Assembly: GCF_006345805.1 (NCBI RefSeq)
Contig: NC_043001.1
Coordinates: 64,480,001-64,544,000 of the forward strand
Reading direction: 5' to 3'
DNA: 64,000 nt
DNA from: Octopus sinensis
Taxonomy: Eukaryota
Part shown: piece after piece, positions 12,331 through 23,284 of the stretch
Layout of the letters: each line of letters opens with the position of its first letter
How positions within the stretch are numbered: the first letter of the stretch is position 1
Made by a program: the position numbers and the translations under genes
The notes under the pieces: model-generated
Database searches by the model: none
Told to the model about the DNA's origin: nothing
The model's input: only the letters and a program-made list of their open reading frames with translations

Positions 12331-13515
12331 GCGATGTTTCGCTTGTCGTAGCACACGTTTCCGTCGATTTCCGTAAAAAATGTAAACACTGAATCGGCCA
12401 TACATACATACATACATACACACACACATACATACACACACACACACACATACATGCATACATACATATACACATACACCGAGTAAAAAAATTCAGTTAT
12501 TTCTCTCTTTCACACATTACTCTCTCTGTCTCTTCACACACACTAACAGAAGCACTTCACTTACACAACATACTGTCTGTCTCCCACACTCCATCAAACA
12601 CACACACACACACACATGTACATCAATGCGTCCCATGCACGGTAACTTCAAAAGAACTTCCCTCGTCATACAATCGCTTTCTCTTAGTCTCTTTCGCTCT
12701 CATTACTTATGTAAAAAAATAAAAGTTTTTTACGGAAATCGACGGAAACCTGTGCTACGACAAGCGAAACATCGCCGATATGGGTCTTATATTCGTCCTA
12801 AAAAACTTTCCTGTCACACACTCACGCACACGCACGCACACACACACACACACACGCACCCTCACACACACGCACACACACACTCACACACACGCACGTT
12901 AGCTCACAATTTTATTTATATATTTGCGTGTCTATGTGTGTAAAGAGGAAGTGGCAGACTGAAAGAGTCACTCACTACAAAAGGTGAATTACTTTCATTT
13001 TATTCATTGCACACTGTGTGTGTGCGTGTGCGTGTGGTGTAAACCACATTAAGAAAAGCATTTGACATACACACCAGAATGTGAGTTTTCTGTAAATTTT
13101 GCTTAATTGGAGTTTAAATTTTAAAAAGTGGACCTGGCAAAACCCGATGCATTTTACTCTTAAAAATACTAAGTAAATTGTAATTGAAGAAATCCTATAT
13201 TGTAGATTTCTATAACTGACAAAGGGAGGCAGATAAAATCTGCCTTTTATAATAAGAGATAAATATATACACATATTCTGTATATATTTTATTATATAAT
13301 ATTATATATAGATATATGTATATATAATTGCAGTATGAAACAGTGTTTATGTATAAACAGATGACACTTATATATAGTTATTAATAAATGTATGCATCCG
13401 TTTAAAAGAAAAACCAAAAAATATTTTATTCTTTATAAATGTTGTGTTCAAAATAACATTTTCTTTTAAGAATGTGTATATAACAAAGTATGTGTATATA
13501 ACTACGTGGCTTATA

Positions 13516-13911
13516 TCTTTATATATAAAAGTGAAGTTGTGTGTCTGTCTCCTACGATTTAGATTCGTAACTACTCCCACATTTTGCGGTGCAGTTTAAC
13601 CAAAAGCGGGTATCTTATAGTCGTGATTCATATCGAGCCCTTCTGGGTATTAGCGCGCGTCCACGATGAGTCTACGATTTAAAAAAAATTTACCATATTT
13701 TTCCATTTTAATGCATTTTTTTCGCTATTATATAAGGAAAGTAACTCTCTAAAAATATCTACGATGTGTCAACGATTTTTAAAAAAAAATTACCTTAATT
13801 TTTTTTCCATTTTGAATGCATTTTTTTGCTATTTTTTGGCTATAACTCTCTAAAAATGCTTATATAGTTATTTCCCTTACAAACCCGAGCAACGCCGGGC
13901 GATACTGCTAG
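13516..13911 (+). mobile_element. Non-autonomous Helitron (396 bp)
   Basis: 5' TC, 3' hairpin cccgagcaacgccggg plus CTAG, inserted between A and T with no TSD; same family as 10997-11840. Confidence 0.85.
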
Positions 13912-14409
13912 TACATAATAATAAATAAATCATTAATAAATAATATCACTGAATTCTAACACCACTTCAAGCATTACACACCATGATGCTTGTAAATTGA
14001 AGGAAAAAAAATCTAAAGCAATTCACTTAATAAATTGCAAAAATAAATGTACATGGTGTAAACAGGATACTTTCTGATAGCCACTTTTTCCAAAATTAGG
14101 GTAAAGTTTGTTCCTCACACTGATATGTGCTCTGAATTGTTAGAGTATTATACAGAATATCTTGTATTTAATTTTACTCTGTGTGCCAAGTTCAAATCTT
14201 GCTAAGAACAACTTCTTCTGGAGTCAATATAATGTCAGTCAATTACTGAGGTTAGTTCTCTCTCTCTCATTCGCTCTCTTCCTCCCCCTTTCTCCAGAAA
14301 TGTAAGAGTTAAATGAAGAACCTTCCAAGCGTAGACCAATGGTAAGTGTGATACAGAACAGAAATAAAGAAATAAATCAGTTCATACTGCATTTCTGAGG
14401 CATTCTTAC

Positions 14410-15302
14410 ATATTTGAAACATACATTTCTGGATTAGTTCTATAACCTACTGACAGATGGCAGCACATGGTTGTGTGTGCAGTGAGAGCTAGCAGTGAGC
14501 TTCATGAGGCAGTGTGCCAAGTGACATCACTGTGTTTACTTCGCAAGTTGTGAAATTTGAGTTTTTGTGATCATGTAGTCTGCAATTTCGTCATGGATAG
14601 GAACAAAAAGCCAATGTGAAATTTTGTTTTAAACTTGGTAAGTCTGCTACTGTGACATTGAGCATGTTTCAGCAAGCTTATGACAATGAGACAATGGGTG
14701 GTATGCAATGTTTCAAGTGGCAGGGGCACTTCAAAAGTGGAAGAATTTTCCTAGAAGACAATGAGCAATGTGGAAGACCTGCTTCAAGCATCAGCCCTGG
14801 AAATGTGGTATTGTGCACTGAGAATTTGTCTATCGATCAAGAGTTCTATTGCAACATTTTGAAGTGTTTGAGGGAGAACATTCAGTGAAAGTGACCGGAT
14901 CTGTAGTGCGCAAAGAATTGGATTCTTCATGACAACAATGCACCCTGTCACTTCACTCATGAGTTTCTCGCCAAAAACAAAGTATCGCTTCTGCACCTAA
15001 CCCTAACCTACCCTATTTGCCAGATTCAGCACCTGTGGACTTCCATCTCTTCCCCAAAATGAAAATGCAGTTCAAAGGTTGTCGTTTTAACACTGTTGTC
15101 AAGATCCAAAGTGTATCATAGAAGGTCCTTGACTTACTTACGGAAAACAACTTCCAGGCCGGATTCTAAAAGTGGCAGGAACACTGGGCCTGTTTTATTG
15201 CTGTGTAAGGTGACTATTTTGGAGGAGATAATGTTAAAACTTAGGTAAATGTTATTTATTATTAAACATAATTAGTCTGGGAATGTTTTGATACCATCTC
15301 GT
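14410..15302 (+). mobile_element. Degenerate, internally deleted Tc1/mariner transposon
   Basis: FCFKLGKSAT...FKSGRIFLEDNEQCGRP (HTH region), later HDNNAPCH and a YSPDLAP-like remnant; right TIR-like ttttgataccatctcgta. Confidence 0.85.
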
Positions 15303-15825
15303 ATTGATAAATTTCTGTTTATTAGTCAGTTATATTCAACAGATACTTTCTGTACTAAATTGAAGTTTATTTTTTAAAGAAGCATCATATCTATATTTTT
15401 CTAATTATTCATTATCTCATGTTTCATGCCCAGCCTTAATCTATTCAAAAAAATTATTGACTACTTTTATGTATATTTATAAATTAATTTCAATTTGGTT
15501 TTTATCAATAACTAATTACATATAATTAATAAGTATAAGTGACAATGAAATGCTACATTGTTGATTGCAATATTCTTATTTAAATCCTCCAACAGCCAAG
15601 TGCATTGAAACAAAGCACATTGCTTTATTTGTTTCTATTCATTTAAGGAAAAATAGACATAAATCAGGATTTATAAATTTTTGTTTTATTTAATTCATAG
15701 ATTTCAAGCAAATACTACAGTAGAGATGGAAACAATACTAATGATATTTAGTGTACAGAAGCAAGGATTGTTTTCATGAGTACATTTTATTAATATTGTA
15801 TTTAAATTTACATTTCACCTTATAG

Positions 15826-15977
15826 AAACAATACCAAAGTTTCAAGTGCCTATCATGCAAATGAAACAAAGAAAGCCACTATCCAGCTATTGAGAACAAT
15901 TATAGTTCTTACACAGACTTTAAAACCCCTCCCAGATGAAGCTTTAATGACAATAAAGTTATTTTATTATGATGAAG
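15826..15977 (+). CDS. HORMAD1: HORMA-domain meiotic protein (HORMAD1/2-like), internal exon
   Basis: Acceptor ...cttatag, donor gtatg. Encodes NNTKVSSAYHANETKKATIQLLRTIIVLTQTLKPLPDEALMTIKLFYYDE, matching the HORMAD TKKASILLIRK...LGPLPNDVCLTMKLFYYDE segment from memory. Confidence 0.9.
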
Positions 15978-16071
15978 GTATGTTGTTATCAGTTTTTAAA
16001 GATTTTTCTGATATTTTTGATTCTTAAAACTACTGCCAATTTCTTTTATCAATCACATGCTTTCCTTCCAG

Positions 16072-16172
16072 TTACACCAGCTGATTATGAACCTCCAGGG
16101 TTTAAAGCAACAGATTTAAATAGTTTTCACTTTCAAGAACCTATGAATATTAAAATGGGAAATGTGTCCACA
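16072..16172 (+). CDS. HORMAD1: HORMAD1/2-like internal exon
   Basis: Acceptor ...ccttccag, donor gtgagt; phase-compatible with the previous exon. Encodes (V)TPADYEPPGFKATDLNSFHFQEPMNIKMGNVST (HORMAD motif VTPxDYxPPGF). Confidence 0.92.
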
Positions 16173-16474
16173 GTGAGTTAACATTCAATATAATTGAATT
16201 ATAGAAACATTATCCAAATTAGAATAAATTTAGAATGTTTTCATACATAGAATTTTGTCTTACATTTTACATTATTCTTTTGTTTATTTGCATTATCTTT
16301 TGGTAACATTATTTGTTAACTTGCATATTACAAAGTTTTGTACATGTTGCAAAAGCAAGGAAAATGCACAGGGTGGGTTTTACTATAGTAAGTAGTCAAA
16401 TATAAACTAATTAGTAATTGAAGTTAGTATTAGTGAATACTCTTAATAATTAGTATTTTTTGTTTTTTTTCCAG

Positions 16475-16485
16475 CCATTCCATTT
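16475..16485 (+). CDS. HORMAD1: HORMAD1/2-like 11-nt microexon
   Basis: ttttttttccag|CCATTCCATTT|gtaagt; in frame gives PFH, completing the conserved ST-PFH motif. Confidence 0.8.
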
Positions 16486-16775
16486 GTAAGTATAAAAAAT
16501 TAATTTATATTTATATTTATATTCTTTAAAGTTTCTACTGATTTTAATTGCAATTAATTTCAAAGTTGTTCCTGTCTTGGAATTTCTTTTTTTGAGATTA
16601 TTTTAATTTTACAGTTATATCTGAGCATGTATTCTTGACTACCATTCAGTGTATTCTTACCTGTAACCTTACCAACATTCTATTGCTTGCCTCTCATATA
16701 ATATGATCTGTTATATTCATATAAGTGGCATTTACATATATCTGAATATCTATCTAACCTTTTCAGTGGCTATGC

Positions 16776-16847
<72 letters not shown>

Positions 16848-17054
16848 GTTTGTGTGTGTGCGTGTATGTGTGTGTGCGTGTGTGCGTGTGTGCGTGTGTG
16901 TGTGTGTGTGTGTATGCATGCTGTTGTATCTTGAGACAACAACATACAACAATATGTTTGGTATGTCCACTATAGTTGCTGCACTTTAAAAAGTATGGTC
17001 TTCAAAGGATTGACAGCTGAAAAAGATGGTCATCATTGAAATTGATGGAAAACC

Positions 17055-17109
<55 letters not shown>

Positions 17110-17121
17110 CGTGTGTGTGTG

Positions 17122-17163
<42 letters not shown>

Positions 17164-17344
17164 TGTGTGTGTGTACATATGTTTTTATGTTGGTATGTGG
17201 AATAGAACACTATGATTTCTTTCTTATGCTCCTAAGTTTATATGATAATATATAGCTTGAAACATTAATCTATGATATTATGTGGTTTAGGGTGTATTGA
17301 TAATAATAATTATAACAAAAATTTAGAATATTAATGTTTTTTTT

Positions 17345-17544
17345 ATTTGCTTCAGTCATTTGACTGTGGCCATGCTGGAGCAACGCCTTTAGTTGAACAA
17401 ATCAACCCCAGGACTTACCCTTTGTAAGCCTACTATTTATTCTATCATTCTCTTTTACTGAATTGCTAAGTTATGGCGATGTAAACACACCAACATCAGT
17501 TGTCAAGTGATGGTGGTGGGGGACAAACACAGACACACAAGCAT

Positions 17545-17576
<32 letters not shown>

Positions 17577-17739
17577 GATAGGCTTCTTTCAATTTCCCTG
17601 TACCAAATCCATTCACAAGGCTTCAGTCGGCTCAAGGTTGTAGTAGAAGACACTTGCCCAAGGTGCCATGCAGTGGGACTGAATCTGGAACCATGTGGTT
17701 GGTAGGCAAGCGAGATACCACACAGCCACTCCTGTGCCT
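17345..17739 (-). mobile_element. Octopus-type tRNA-derived SINE
   Basis: Head aggcacaggagtggctgtgtgg...ggttccagattcagtcccactgc; tail ...gctccagcatggccacagtcaaatgactgaa; central microsatellite. Confidence 0.85.
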
Positions 17740-18217
17740 ATGTTAAAAAATACAGTGTCCGTCTTGCAAGAATGTTCTGTAGCGATAGACATAGTCAGTT
17801 TTACTTTCTTATTGCTGGAAGTGAAAATGGAAGCTAAGTTTTTTAATCTTTGTCTTAGTTTCTTTTCATGTAATGCCATTTAATCTTTCTCTGGCATACA
17901 GCATCCTTACTGGTTGATTTCTCATATATATTATGTAGCTTAGATTAGTACGAATTCTCCTATGTTTTTATGTTGGTATGTAGAATAGAACAGTATGATT
18001 TCTTTCTTTTGCTCCTAAGTTTATATGATGATATATAGCTTGAAACATTAATCTATGATATTATGTGGTTTAGGGTGTATTGATAATAATAATAATTATA
18101 ATAAAAGTTTTGAATATTAACATACATTAAAAAAAGAAAAAGTGTCCATCTTGCAAAAACATTATGCCCACCTACCCTTATTTTTTCATTATAAATGTAC
18201 ATGACTGTTGTAGTAAG

Positions 18218-18397
18218 AGTCATTGACACTCCTGGCAGATTGGAAGAATGGACTAGCTGAACTCTTATAAAGAGTAGTGGTTGGTAGTAGTCAGGGAGAG
18301 TGTTTTGGTAGTCTTACAGAGTACATTGTGTGAACACATTGATTAAACCTTCACTACCTAATTTTATATATACCAACCACCAGGAGTGTCAGTGACT
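18218..18397. mobile_element. Small MITE-like element
   Basis: Inverted termini agtcattgacactcctgg / ccaggagtgtcagtgact (17/18 match), plus an internal gtggttggta / taccaaccac pair. Confidence 0.5.
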
Positions 18398-18479
18398 TTC
18401 TCCCTAGCTAATCGTACTCCTGTTCTGTGTATAGAGGTTTCCCCTCTCTGTATCCATATTTTTGAATGCATGCACCTGT

Positions 18480-20190
18480 CAGCTTACCATATAAATGTAC
18501 GTATGTATTTATGTGAGAGTTGAATCATGGTTAGGTCATCAGATAAGATTGCTTTTATGTGTGACAGATGCACAGGAACAATAGGTACTAAGAGCATGAG
18601 AGACTTAAACTCTCTCAAATGCCCAGGAGGCACTCTTGAGGTAGAAGATAGTTTCTGCTATTTAGGTGACCAAATTAGTAACGGTGGTGGATGCTCTGAA
18701 AGTATTGTTTCTACAATAAGAATAGGATGGGGGAAGTTCAGAGAACTACTGCTTCTGTTGGCAGCAAAAGGACTCACTCATAGAGTGAAAGATAGATTAC
18801 ATGATGCTTGTGTGAGAACAGCTATGTTACATGGTAGTGTGACATGGGCTCTGACTGCAGAGGAGATGCACAGACTGGAGAGGAATGAAGGTAGTATGCT
18901 CCATTGGATTTGCAACATCAGAATGCCTGACCAACAAAGCACAACTGTGTTGAGAGAAAAGTTAGGCATAAGAGCAATTAAATGTGGTATGCAGCAGAGG
19001 TGAATGCATTGGTTTGGGAATGTGATGTGTATGAGTAAAGACAGATGTATAAAGGAGTGCCAATTACTGAAAGGGGATGGTAACTGTGGAAGAGGGAGAC
19101 CCAGGAAGACATGGGATGACGTGGTGAGGACCGATCTTAGGATATTGGGGCTCATGGAGGAAATGACAATGGACTGAGATATGAAGTTCTAGAGAAGACC
19201 TGTCCATGAAACTGAGTGCTAGAATTGTTGTGTCCCACGTACATGTAAAAACACACTTTTCACCCATTTTACGCTAAAAAACCGAACTACATCTCCTCTT
19301 CTAAACTGCATTCTCACAACTTCATAAACTATGATTGTTTTCCAGTCCCCTTTTTGCCCTCGCTGCCCTGCTCACTGTATCCCTGCTCCCCCCACCCCAC
19401 CCTATTTTTATATCCAGGCTCTATGCTCAGATCTTTGTTACTTGTGTGTATACCCTAGCACTACATCTCTCTCCCACTCTCTCTTACACTATTGCTGTTT
19501 CCTACTCTCTCTCTCTCTCTTCTCTCATTTTTCCTCTAACTAGGTAACCAAGTATCTCTTTTACATCAGCACACTTGTTTCTAGCCTCTTTCTTGTACCT
19601 CTCTCTCACTCTCTATCTCTTTTCTCTCTCTCTCACTAGGTAACCATGTACTTCCTCTATAGCAAGAGGAAGTACATGGTTACCTGCCTATTTCTGCCTC
19701 CCTATTTCTCTATCACACTCTAACTTTTCATCATTTGATACTGGACCACCTCTAATACTCCCTCTGTTGTGGCAAGGCACCTGATTCTGTCTCTTTGTCG
19801 CACTCTCACCTTTTATCCTCTGACACAAGTTTCCCTCTTCAAATGCTCCTGCCTCTCTCATAATTCCTTGTCTTGCAAGTTACTTGGTGACCCTGCCAGT
19901 GCTGGTGCCACATTAAAAGCATCCACTCCACACTGTAATGTGGTTGGCATTTGGAAGGGCATCCATCTGTAAAAATCATGTCAAAACTAAACTTGCTTGT
20001 ACTAATACCATGTAAAAAGGACTGAGTGCACTCTATGGAGTGGTTGGTGTTAAGAAGGGCACCCAGCTGTAAAATCCCTGCCAAAACAGACGCAGTAGCC
20101 TAGGGTAGTTTTTCTATTTGGCCAGCTTATGTCACCCATCCTACCTATGCATGCATGGAAGATGGATGTTAAAGAATGATGATGATGATC
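18480..20190 (+). mobile_element. Degenerate 5'-truncated RTE LINE with long 3' UTR and (GAT)n tail
   Basis: ORF 18527-19003 FCYLGDQI...IRIGWGKFRELL...MLHGSVTW, then GRGRPRKTWDDVV; pyrimidine-rich UTR; ends gatggatgttaaagaatgatgatgatgat. Confidence 0.85.
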
Positions 20191-20405
20191 TTACATATAA
20201 TAAAACACATGTCCTGTTGGTCATGCTTGGGAAAGCAGAGTAAAACAACAGAATGGGTGTGAGTGACAGTCAGAGGCAGTAAAGCAGGTGAACAGCGTTT
20301 AAAGGTTTTGCTCTAAAGACACTGATATGTTAATTAAAATAAAACCGGAAATATTTATCATAAATTGCATTTAGTTTATGAGTTTCATACTCACATACAC
20401 AGATA

Positions 20406-21540
20406 TCTATATATATAAAACTGAGAATGTGTGTCTGTCTGTCTGTGTGAATCCCTAAAACTTGAGAACTACGCAACCAATTTCATTCAAATTTTACGCA
20501 TGCCTTACTTAGGGTCCATGTAGTGTCATGGGCAAAAACAATTTTTTAACTTTTTCCCTAGGGCGACCCCACAGCAATATCATATCTTCTTCACTATTTC
20601 AGTATTGCATGTTAAAAGTGAAACAAAAACATTTCTCTATTGTAATGTCAGATACTTTCACTTTAATACTGAAACTAATAAAGTCAAACTATTATATAAG
20701 AGGGATGAACCATTAACAGTGGACATCCATTTTGCTAGAAGAAGATCCACTATGGTCTTATATGCTACACCACTGGTTTTCAATTCATATTAATCAAATT
20801 AATATTCAATTTCTCACTCTTATTATTTGAAATTTAAATCTAAACCCAGGACCATGTGTTTTGGAACGAAGTTTGTTACTACACAGCTACACCTGCACCT
20901 ATGTACGTGTGTATAGCTGTATATGTATACATTTATTTCTATACATATAGATGTATATGTATACATGTATATGTGTAGATGTACATGTAATATGTACACA
21001 TATATTCACATATATACATGCATACATATATACACCCATACAAACATACGCACAGACACACACAAACACATATAGGTGCAGGTGTGGCTGTGTGGTAACA
21101 AACTTCATTCCAAAACACATAGTCCTGGGTTCAGTCCCACTGTGTGGTGACTTGGCATGTGTCTTCTGCTCTAGCCTCAGACCAACCAAAGCCTTGTCAG
21201 TGGATTTTGTGGACAGAAACTGAAAGAAATCAATCGTATATATATGTATGTATTTACATAAGTGTGTGTGTGTGTCTTTGTGTTTCTCCCTCATATCTAC
21301 CTCACAACTGGTGTTTGTTTATTTACATCTGCATAACTTACTGGTTTTACAAAAAGAAACTGATAGAATAAGTACCAGGCTAATCAAAATAAAAAAAACC
21401 CCACTAGGCAGTATCTCCTATTTTTGTTTGCCCATACAATTTATCTTTGTGTGTGTGTGTTTGTGTGTATACCTACATATATATATATCGATTTCGTAGA
21501 CAGAAACTTAAAGAAATCAATCGCATATATATGTATGTAT
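20406..21540 (+). mobile_element. Helitron family copy (5' part) carrying a SINE fragment
   Basis: a|TCTATATATATAAAACTGAGAATGTG start shared with about 28290 and 32121; SINE at about 21070-21230 nearly identical to 29322-29455. 3' end not identified. Confidence 0.65.
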
Positions 21541-21560
21541 ACGACTGATTTCTTGTACAA

Positions 21561-21792
21561 AGGCGGCGAGCTGGCAGAAACGTTAGCACGCCGGGCGAAA
21601 TGCGTTGCCGTATTTCGTCTGCCATTACGTTCCGAGTTCAAATTCCGCCGAGGTCGACTTTGCCTTTCATCCTTCCAGGGTCGATAAATTAAGTACCAGT
21701 TACGCACTGGGGTCGATGTAATCGACTTAATCCGTTTGTCTGTCCTTGTTTGTCTCCTCTGTGTTTAGCCCCTTGTGGGTAGTAAAGAAATA
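21561..21792 (+). mobile_element. CORE-type tRNA-derived SINE, young copy
   Basis: aggcggcgagctggcagaa head, gagttcaaattcc B-box-like, gtcgactttgcctttcatcc...gtcgataaattaagtaccag core, tail ...gtgggtagtaaagaaata. Confidence 0.8.
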
Positions 21793-22100
21793 TATATATG
21801 TATGTATATATTTAAGTGCATGTGTGTGACTTTGTTTCTATGTTTCACCCTCATCACTGCTTCACAACTGCTGTTCATTTATTTACATCCCGATAACTTA
21901 CTGGTTTCACAAAAAGAAACTAATAGAATAAGTACCAGGCTTATCAACATAAAAAAAGCACTACGCTGTGTCTCATATTTTTGTTTGCCCACTCAGTTGT
22001 ATCTATCAATTTATCTTTGTGTGTGTGTGTGTCTATATATATATGTATATATACATACATACATACATACATATATATATATATATATTATATATATATA

Positions 22101-22142
<42 letters not shown>

Positions 22143-22257
22143 TATAAGTATTTGTATATATATATATATATATATAAGTATTTGTATATATATATATAAG
22201 TATATATATATAAGTATTTGTGAAGGAAATCTAATTCTCGGCGACAACTATGATTGT

Positions 22258-22302
22258 CACACGCTGACGAGAGGTCAATACCTCGAAACTCGAGTCCGTG
22301 TG
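22258..22302 (+). ncRNA. Minimal type I hammerhead ribozyme, copy 1
   Basis: cacacg-CTGACGA-gagg(tcaata)cctc-GAAA-c(tcga)g-TC-cgtgtg. Intact core, G10.1-C11.1 pair, GUC triplet (cleavage after 22296), palindromic stem III. Confidence 0.92.
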
Positions 22303-22610
22303 TATCATAAGTTGAAGACGGGAAGGATGACTTCCCTTTGCAAATACTGACAGGACACAGATAGTGTGTCTATGGCCAGCTGGAGGAGTGTGTCCTCCTG
22401 GGGCTAAAAACTACAGTAGCATCCACCCTTAGGGGTTAGCCATATTGAAATGGCAAAAATACGTCACAATGTGTTACCGCTACTGTATATAACTCACTTT
22501 GATATTTATCATTGTTTGATTTCACTTTTTCAATATCAGCGACAGTGGGCGCTGGAAAAAGTATAAGTATTTGTGAAGGAAATCTAATTCTCGGCGACAA
22601 CTATGATTGT

Positions 22611-22655
22611 CACACGCTGACGAGAGGTCAATACCTCGAAACTCGAGTCCGTGTG
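22611..22655 (+). ncRNA. Minimal type I hammerhead ribozyme, copy 2
   Basis: Identical to copy 1; predicted cleavage after 22649. Confidence 0.92.
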
Positions 22656-22963
22656 TATCATAAGTTGAAGACGTGAAGGATGACTTCCCTTTGCAAATAC
22701 TGACAGGACACAGATAGTGTGTCTATGGCCAGCTGGAGGAGTGTGTCCTCCTGGGGCTAAAAACTACAGTAGCATCCACCCTTAGGGGTTAGCCATATTG
22801 AAATGGCAAAAATACGTCACGATGTGTTACCGCTACTGTATATAACTCACTTTGATATTTATCATTGTTTGATTTCACTTTTTCAATATCAGCGACAGTG
22901 GGCGCTGGAAAAAGTATAAGTATTTGTGAAGGAAATCTAATTCTCGGCGACAACTATGATTGT

Positions 22964-23008
22964 CACACGCTGACGAGAGGTCAATACCTCGAAACTCGAG
23001 TCCGTGTG
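22964..23008 (+). ncRNA. Minimal type I hammerhead ribozyme, copy 3
   Basis: Identical to copy 1; predicted cleavage after 23002. Confidence 0.92.
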
Positions 23009-23172
23009 TATCATAAGTTGAAGACGTGAAGGATGACTTCCCTTTGCAAATACTGACAGGACACAGATAGTGTGTCTATGGCCAGCTGGAGGAGTGTGTC
23101 CTCCTGGGGCTAAAAACTACAGTAGCATCCACCCTTAGGGGTTAGCCATATTGAAATGGCAAAAATACGTCA

Positions 23173-23266
<94 letters not shown>

Positions 23267-23284
23267 GTAAGTATATGTGTACAT

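Larger units (their letters stand above)
22209..23176 (+). repeat. 353-bp tandem array (about 2.7 units), each unit with a hammerhead ribozyme; retrozyme-like or Penelope pLTR multimer
   Basis: CTGACGA cores at 22264, 22617, 22970 (period 353); I found 2 substitutions between units 1 and 2; (TA)n on both sides; no ORF. Confidence 0.95.

Noticed and set aside
15545-15760. Possible upstream HORMAD exons (YLNP-like stretch; acceptor at 15700)
   Set aside because: No phase-compatible open exon with a canonical donor; similarity would need frameshifts.
16703-17255. Cys/Val- and His/Thr-rich ORFs (also many Tyr/Ile-rich ORFs elsewhere)
   Set aside because: Translations of (CA)n and (TA)n microsatellites.
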